64,000 bases of DNA, from the NCBI GenBank assembly GCA_963704645.1, contig OY969926.1, positions 160,001-224,000 on the forward strand, given 5' to 3'. The notes under the pieces are model-generated. The model had not been told where the DNA came from and made no database searches. It saw only the letters and a list, made by a program, of their open reading frames with translations. A program made the position numbers and the translations under genes. Shown in pieces: positions 58,476 through 64,000 of this stretch (position 1 is its first letter; every line of letters begins with the position of its first letter). This DNA comes from an uncultured bacterium. GTDB lineage: Bacteria; Patescibacteriota; JACMRA01.

Positions 58476-58795
58476 TTTTAGGAAAATAGACTAAATGCAC
58501 TTATAAAAGTGTTAAATTAACTGACACTCCTAAAAATTCATTTTTGATTACATGATGAACCGCTATGATTTGAATAATCAAAACGATTACTTGAGTTTAT
58601 AGAGTCATTATTTGCTTAATATTTTCCAGGAATAAAGAATTTGATTTATTAAGAAAATTTATATTCCTAAGAAAACAGCCCGTTAAATTCTGTAAATTTA
58701 CCACCTCCCTCCAGAAGGGAATTTTTAGTTTCACAAGAACTTCTTCATTGTTTAAACAAAAAGATTTAATTTCATATTGCCTTTCTCTGCCAGAT

Positions 58796-61237
58796 CTACT
58801 TCCTATAGGAATTAATTACAAAAACTACCAGAGCCACAAAAATTGTGTAGAAACCATACGTTCCAATAAAATCTACAGTATTTAAGTTTATTAACCTTTC
58901 TAAGATTGGATTAGAAATTGTTATTTTGGTTACCGCCAAGTGAAGAATAAACATTGTAATAATTGCACCAAAGCCAGCAAAAATTAAGAATTTAGAGTAA
59001 TTTTTATATTTGAAAGATAGTATTAGAAGACCTAAAACAAAAGATATTCTTAAACCAAAAATAAGATAAGAAATTAATATAAACAAAACTAATATAAGTG
59101 CAAACCAGTAATTATTATTAACATACTTTTCAGCATATTTAGAATAAATTACTATGCATTTGTTAAAATATTGGTTAATTAATTTTAAAATTTTAGAAGT
59201 TGTTGAGTTTTTAAAATTATTCAAATATTCTTCAATTTTAGCTTTGTTTCTTAACCAAAAATATTTCGATAAAGTATATATTAGGATAATTAAAAAGCCA
59301 ATTAATATAGCCATTTTTTGAGCTAAAATATTGTAATGAGTTATACTAAAATTGGAGTCTGTACAACTAGAAGCACAACTTACTACCCAAACTTTATTTT
59401 GATAAGTATCTCGATATTCAAAAATAGTATCTAAAGTGTTAGAGGAATTTAGACTTACAAAAACCAATGGCTGGAAACTTGAGCTGACTACAAATCTATC
59501 TGAATTTTGATAATTACTATTGGATAATCCTACTTTGAATTGAGACTGAAATGTTGTTTCTTTTGCTTCATTCAAAGCCAGCGGATTATTTTGGCTGGCA
59601 GAGTTTTCTTTGGTGAAAAAATAGTTCTGCAAATCTTTAGGTAAACTTTGAGATAACCATAATTGCTTAATTTCAAAGCCAACATCTTCAGGCTTATTAA
59701 TTTCCAAATACGTCCCCGATACTTTAATATTTGCCGGATCTAAAACTGCATTAAATTTGTTCGAACCAATTTTAGATTTGGTGGTAAAATTAACTGTGTT
59801 GGAGCTAGCAAAATTAACTGCCAAATTTATAATATTTTCTTTCTTACCACCTTCGGAATTGTATACAGTATTTTGAGTGTTGTATTCAAGTTCTAAATTA
59901 TACAAAAAATTAGCATTCGGAACGAAATCTGCACTTAAAGCTAAACAGAAAGTTTGGTTTTCTAACAAAGCAAAATCTAAATCTTTAAAATTTAACCAAT
60001 TATAATTTAAGGAATTTTCATTATTTTTAAGTAGTTTAGTAAGGTCGCAACTGTTTAAAAAAGCGTTTTGATAGCTTAATCTGTAATTCTTAAAATATTC
60101 ATCATTATTAAGAATCTCTGCCTTGCCTGACGGTAATTCAGCCTTTGTATCTATTTCTAATGTTAAATTATCATTGTATTTCGGCAATATTTCGGCAATA
60201 TTTTCAAATTTTAATTTAGTAAGTTTTAAATTATTAACTTGAATATTTAAGCTTTGCCAGTCTTCAATAGAATTTATAGAGAATTGGAAATACTCCATAC
60301 CACCATTTTTTACACTAATTAATTGGCTGTATTCTGTTGGGGTATTTTTTATTAAGGCTGTTTTACCAATACTTTGAACCTGTTCGGAATTTTCTAAATT
60401 TAGCTTTTCTTCGTTGTCAGATAACTTAAAATTATATGCGGAATAAGCCAAATTATTGCTATTCAAATTAAAACTGGCTAAATATATTCCATTTTGTTGA
60501 AAGCTTTCAGGATAGTTTTTTGAAAAACAAGTTCTTGGGTTTTTAGTTCCAGCTTTTTCCTTTAAATTTAGATTGCAACTTAATGGGCTGGCAATGTAAT
60601 TTGAGGAAGAATTTTGATTTATAGAATAAACTAGTATTTTGTTATTTTGAAGTTCTCCAAAACTAATAAATTTACCATCTGTATAAGTTTCTAATTGTAT
60701 TCCTTCGTAATCTGATAGATACAAATATTTGCCAGAAGAAATATTGTCTATACTGGCCACAACTGTTTCTGGGACATAGTTTGTTTTATCTTGAACTTTA
60801 AAACTAAACTTGGGCAGTACAAAAGTTATCTGCCGCAAAACATTGTTGTATTTAATTTCTAAAATACTATTGGAATTTAATTTGTAGTTAAGACCAAAAT
60901 TTTGCTTATCCGGAAAAGGATTATAAATTGACCAATTCTTATTTAAAAAATCTTGACTTGGAACTGTGCTAATATTTTTTGCAACTTGGGATAGATAATT
61001 TAGCTCATCTTTACTGGCAATATCTGTTTTATCTGGATAAATAAGCACAGTATTGTTTTTAGGCTTAGCCTTGGAAGGATCTTGGGCAACTAATAAACTA
61101 TCAATTTGTCCACTAACTCTTATAGAGTTTAAGGGTGAATTCGACCAGGATGAATAGCTTACAAAACTACAAACTAGAAGAATTAAGCCTATAATAAAAG
61201 ACTCTAGGTAGTTTAAGCTTGGTTTGGTAAAAGACAT
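58796..61237 (-). CDS. Large membrane protein with big extracellular domain (surface-glycosylation cluster)
   Basis: N-terminal TM, long Asn/Ser-rich beta region, several C-terminal TMs; start uncertain (61237/61264/61309). Confidence 0.65.
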   Translation of the reverse strand: MSFTKPSLNYLESFIIGLILLVCSFVSYSSWSNSPLNSIRVSGQIDSLLVAQDPSKAKPKNNTVLIYPDKTDIASKDELNYLSQVAKNISTVPSQDFLNKNWSIYNPFPDKQNFGLNYKLNSNSILEIKYNNVLRQITFVLPKFSFKVQDKTNYVPETVVASIDNISSGKYLYLSDYEGIQLETYTDGKFISFGELQNNKILVYSINQNSSSNYIASPLSCNLNLKEKAGTKNPRTCFSKNYPESFQQNGIYLASFNLNSNNLAYSAYNFKLSDNEEKLNLENSEQVQSIGKTALIKNTPTEYSQLISVKNGGMEYFQFSINSIEDWQSLNIQVNNLKLTKLKFENIAEILPKYNDNLTLEIDTKAELPSGKAEILNNDEYFKNYRLSYQNAFLNSCDLTKLLKNNENSLNYNWLNFKDLDFALLENQTFCLALSADFVPNANFLYNLELEYNTQNTVYNSEGGKKENIINLAVNFASSNTVNFTTKSKIGSNKFNAVLDPANIKVSGTYLEINKPEDVGFEIKQLWLSQSLPKDLQNYFFTKENSASQNNPLALNEAKETTFQSQFKVGLSNSNYQNSDRFVVSSSFQPLVFVSLNSSNTLDTIFEYRDTYQNKVWVVSCASSCTDSNFSITHYNILAQKMAILIGFLIILIYTLSKYFWLRNKAKIEEYLNNFKNSTTSKILKLINQYFNKCIVIYSKYAEKYVNNNYWFALILVLFILISYLIFGLRISFVLGLLILSFKYKNYSKFLIFAGFGAIITMFILHLAVTKITISNPILERLINLNTVDFIGTYGFYTIFVALVVFVINSYRK

Positions 61238-61247
61238 TGAGTTGTGC

Positions 61248-63566
61248 TTATTTATTATGTCCATAAAATTTATTTTTCCATTTGTAAATAACAAAAGACA
61301 ACAAAACAATAGCGTAAATTGCCATAATTTCTTCGAAAACTACTTGTGGTTTATACCACAATTCTAAACTTAAATTGTAAGTACCGTCTTCATTTTTTTG
61401 GCAGTAATTTAGCGAACAATTTTGCTCCAATTCTGAAAAATTAATATCCCAAGTATTGTTAAATCCTCTTCCTTTATAGTGATTAAATATACTATCTGAA
61501 AGTAAATATTTCTGATTAGGCTCTGTTAAATTCCAGCTACCAAAACTATATTGAAATTCTAATGTAGCGTTTTTACTTATATTGTTAACCTGTAAATTAT
61601 AGTGAGTTGGATTAATTTTATTTATATTAAGACTTCCACTGGAAACATAAAAACTTCTAGCCTGCTTAAATTTATAAACTGTGAAATAGCTATTTTCAAA
61701 AATTTTGTTATCTTTGTAATTGTCATCAATTTTTTGTATTAAACTATTTTTTTCCTCTTCAGAAGTAATTCTGTACCAACTATAATTTGGAATGAATTGT
61801 TTATCTACAAGTATTGTATCTATGCTTAAACTTTCAATTCTTTCCTGGAACTGGCTTGGGTTTGTAGCCATTAAATCGTACAATTTAATAATACTATTTT
61901 CGTCTTCAGATGGAAGAGTTCTTATAGACAAAACGGAATGACTGCAATTTTGATTAAAAATATCGTTACTTAGAACCTGCTTATTGGAAATGTTCGTAAA
62001 ATGAAGGAAATCGTAGCTGTAAGGAAATTTAATTGTTCTAAAGGAATTGTTTTTTAAGAAATCGCAGGTCTGGGAATATTCTGGCGCAAGTTCAACCTGA
62101 CCGTATGGGGAGACAAAATATTGAGTTGAGAAAAAGCCCAAATAGAAAATGTTGATAACCAGTAGGAATATATTTACCGCAAGCTTAAGTTTTTCGGTTT
62201 TTATTAAAGTATAAGCTGAAGATATAGCAAGCAAAATTAGTAAAATAAAAATAATTCCAAACTTAGCATCTAAATAGCGATAAAGTAAAAATACTGACGG
62301 CACTATTTTATAAATTAAACCAAAGAACTGTAACAAAGGTCCTTGAAACATACCCATGGTAGCAACCCCGAACATTGCAGCCAAAGAAGTTATAGCGTAT
62401 AGCTTTACTTTGCTATTGTCTTGGGTTTCAGGAATATTGCTCTCTAAACCTTCTTTTTTTAGCTCTACTACTTCAATTTTTTGATTAAGATTTTTGTGAC
62501 TTCTAAATTTTGCTATCCAATTTTTAATCTGAGTTGTGTGCAATTTTTGGAATAGTGGCAATAATATAATTACGAAAAGACCTAAATTAAAATAACTTAA
62601 CCAGGCGTAAACGCCAAAAACATTGTTAATTTTTGCGTTAGCCAGTCTTAATAGGCTTTCTTGACTGTAAGAGTCGGTTCTAATTTGGGATTCCAAAAAA
62701 TAATCTAATTTTAAAATATTATTTAAATTGAATCTAGCCTTACCAAGTTCATACCAAGACAATATAAAATCTCCACCAAATGCGTTGCTAGAATTATAAA
62801 TATAACTAGAAACTTCTCTGTTTATTAACAGTATTTGAAGTAAAATTGGTATAAAAACTACAATGTTAATTGCAACCACTTTTGAAATTTTTGCTAAATT
62901 AAACCTTGTATAAACTAAACTTAAAAGCAGGGTTAAAGAAATTACTAAGGCGTAATTAATAATGGAAGTTGGGTGAGCAAAACTTACTTGGAGGAAGAAT
63001 AAAGTTGAAGCCAAAGCCAATTGCCATTTTAAGCCATTTTCTTTTACTACTTTTAAAGTAAAGTAACAAGCCAAGGGTAGGAACCCCCATAAAAAATTCT
63101 GCCCCAAAATTGTTCTGTATACATTCATTTGGGCTTCAATAGAAATAATATAAATTAAAGCAAGCAAATAAATATTAAAATTTGAAGTGTTTTTAGTTAC
63201 TTCTTTTAAAAACAAAAAGGCCCCCCAAAATGCAGCCTGGACCAAAGCTATCATCATTACATCCACTCCTCTTTCTGGCCCAAAAATGAAACTAAAAATT
63301 GAATAGACAATATAATTTAAGTAATAGCCGTAGACCCCAAACCCAAACCTTTCTTGGAAGAAATAGAAGGAGGAATTAAAAATATTTTTATCTTGAAGCA
63401 AAATTGTTTGATCCCAGTAAAATGTAAAAACATTATCGAAGGGGTTATACAAATAAAAAGCTATGGCAACTGGTATTAAAGCTGCTAATATTTTAAGACG
63501 ATTTGGGTTTAATGCAATAGGCTGAAGAGCTGCAAAAAACTTCTTAAATTCTATATTAAAATTCAT
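61248..63566 (-). CDS. GT-C-like polytopic membrane glycosyltransferase (AftD/YfhO-like)
   Basis: About 11-12 N-terminal TMs, FLLYRYLDAKF, extracellular KINPTHY...GFNNTW...YKPQ, final TM. Confidence 0.6.
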   Translation of the reverse strand: MNFNIEFKKFFAALQPIALNPNRLKILAALIPVAIAFYLYNPFDNVFTFYWDQTILLQDKNIFNSSFYFFQERFGFGVYGYYLNYIVYSIFSFIFGPERGVDVMMIALVQAAFWGAFLFLKEVTKNTSNFNIYLLALIYIISIEAQMNVYRTILGQNFLWGFLPLACYFTLKVVKENGLKWQLALASTLFFLQVSFAHPTSIINYALVISLTLLLSLVYTRFNLAKISKVVAINIVVFIPILLQILLINREVSSYIYNSSNAFGGDFILSWYELGKARFNLNNILKLDYFLESQIRTDSYSQESLLRLANAKINNVFGVYAWLSYFNLGLFVIILLPLFQKLHTTQIKNWIAKFRSHKNLNQKIEVVELKKEGLESNIPETQDNSKVKLYAITSLAAMFGVATMGMFQGPLLQFFGLIYKIVPSVFLLYRYLDAKFGIIFILLILLAISSAYTLIKTEKLKLAVNIFLLVINIFYLGFFSTQYFVSPYGQVELAPEYSQTCDFLKNNSFRTIKFPYSYDFLHFTNISNKQVLSNDIFNQNCSHSVLSIRTLPSEDENSIIKLYDLMATNPSQFQERIESLSIDTILVDKQFIPNYSWYRITSEEEKNSLIQKIDDNYKDNKIFENSYFTVYKFKQARSFYVSSGSLNINKINPTHYNLQVNNISKNATLEFQYSFGSWNLTEPNQKYLLSDSIFNHYKGRGFNNTWDINFSELEQNCSLNYCQKNEDGTYNLSLELWYKPQVVFEEIMAIYAIVLLSFVIYKWKNKFYGHNK

Positions 63567-63681
63567 ATTGATTCTTAAAAGACTGATAAATCTAACATGC
63601 CAGCAATTCCTGGGTTGGTCAAATAACTAAGTTTACTGTCCTTATTTTGACCATACTATTTTTTTCTAACACATTCATTTT

Positions 63682-64000
63682 ATGCATAAAAAAGAAATTG
63701 CCGAATTAATTGGAGAAACTAAAAATATAATTAATTCATCTAATTTTGAACAATTAAAAAGTACATTACAGGACTTGCAAAACCAAATGCAAGACCCTGA
63801 AATTTGGGCTAATGACAGAAATATAAATGGCAGTGGAAACGAACTTTCCAAAAAAGCCAAAAGCTTGGAAGTCAAAATAAAATTGCTGGAAAATTTAAAT
63901 TCAGCAGTTACAGACATTGAGGCTGCGGAAGATTTAGGCGAAGAGGAACTTTTAAATACAGCCATAAGTAACCTACAGAAAGTGAGGGCTAATTATCAAC
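63682..64000 (+). CDS. prfB: Peptide chain release factor 2, 5' part (runs off window end)
   Basis: Manual translation MHKKEIAEL...LQNQMQDPEIWAND...; RF2-type M..P..W.D motif; continuous frame with no CTT-TGA shift site. Confidence 0.7.
   Translation, partial: MHKKEIAELIGETKNIINSSNFEQLKSTLQDLQNQMQDPEIWANDRNINGSGNELSKKAKSLEVKIKLLENLNSAVTDIEAAEDLGEEELLNTAISNLQKVRANYQ

Noticed and set aside
1-64000. Genetic code 25 or 4 (UGA as Gly or Trp)
   Set aside because: Conserved genes are full length under code 11 with no in-frame TGA; TGA is absent rather than recoded

Overview
AT-rich (roughly 30% GC by eye), compact bacterial chromosome segment. Divergent ribosomal proteins, type-2 IleRS, mostly SD-less starts and many membrane-anchored surface proteins point to a Patescibacteria/CPR-type episymbiont (inference). 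Housekeeping content: two rearranged ribosomal-protein clusters (rpsJ-rplC-rplD-rplW-rpsS-rplB and infA-rpmJ-rpsM-rpsK-rpsD-rpsP-khpA), ruvA, ftsH, a C-terminally truncated dnaE, ppa, secG, rpsA, rny, dnaK with a CIRCE element, recR, smpB, ileS, the 5' part of prfB, tRNA-Thr(CGT) and tRNA-Gln(CTG). Accessory content: an ~11 kb Rhs/YD polymorphic-toxin locus (membrane-anchored ~2650-aa Rhs split by a 1-nt frameshift, an immunity gene and an orphan lysozyme-like CT/immunity cassette), adhesin-like proteins sharing a T-x-R-[ST]-G-G/TM/YYY C-terminal signal, a beta-propeller lectin, GT-C-like membrane proteins and several self-contained ORFans. Top observations: none of 58 credible genes ends in TGA and TGA is not used as a sense codon, next to a frameshift-free prfB; a teneurin-like surface-tethered Rhs toxin; a candidate new sorting signal; rpsS placed before rplB. 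All family assignments come from motif recognition by eye, and no searches were run.
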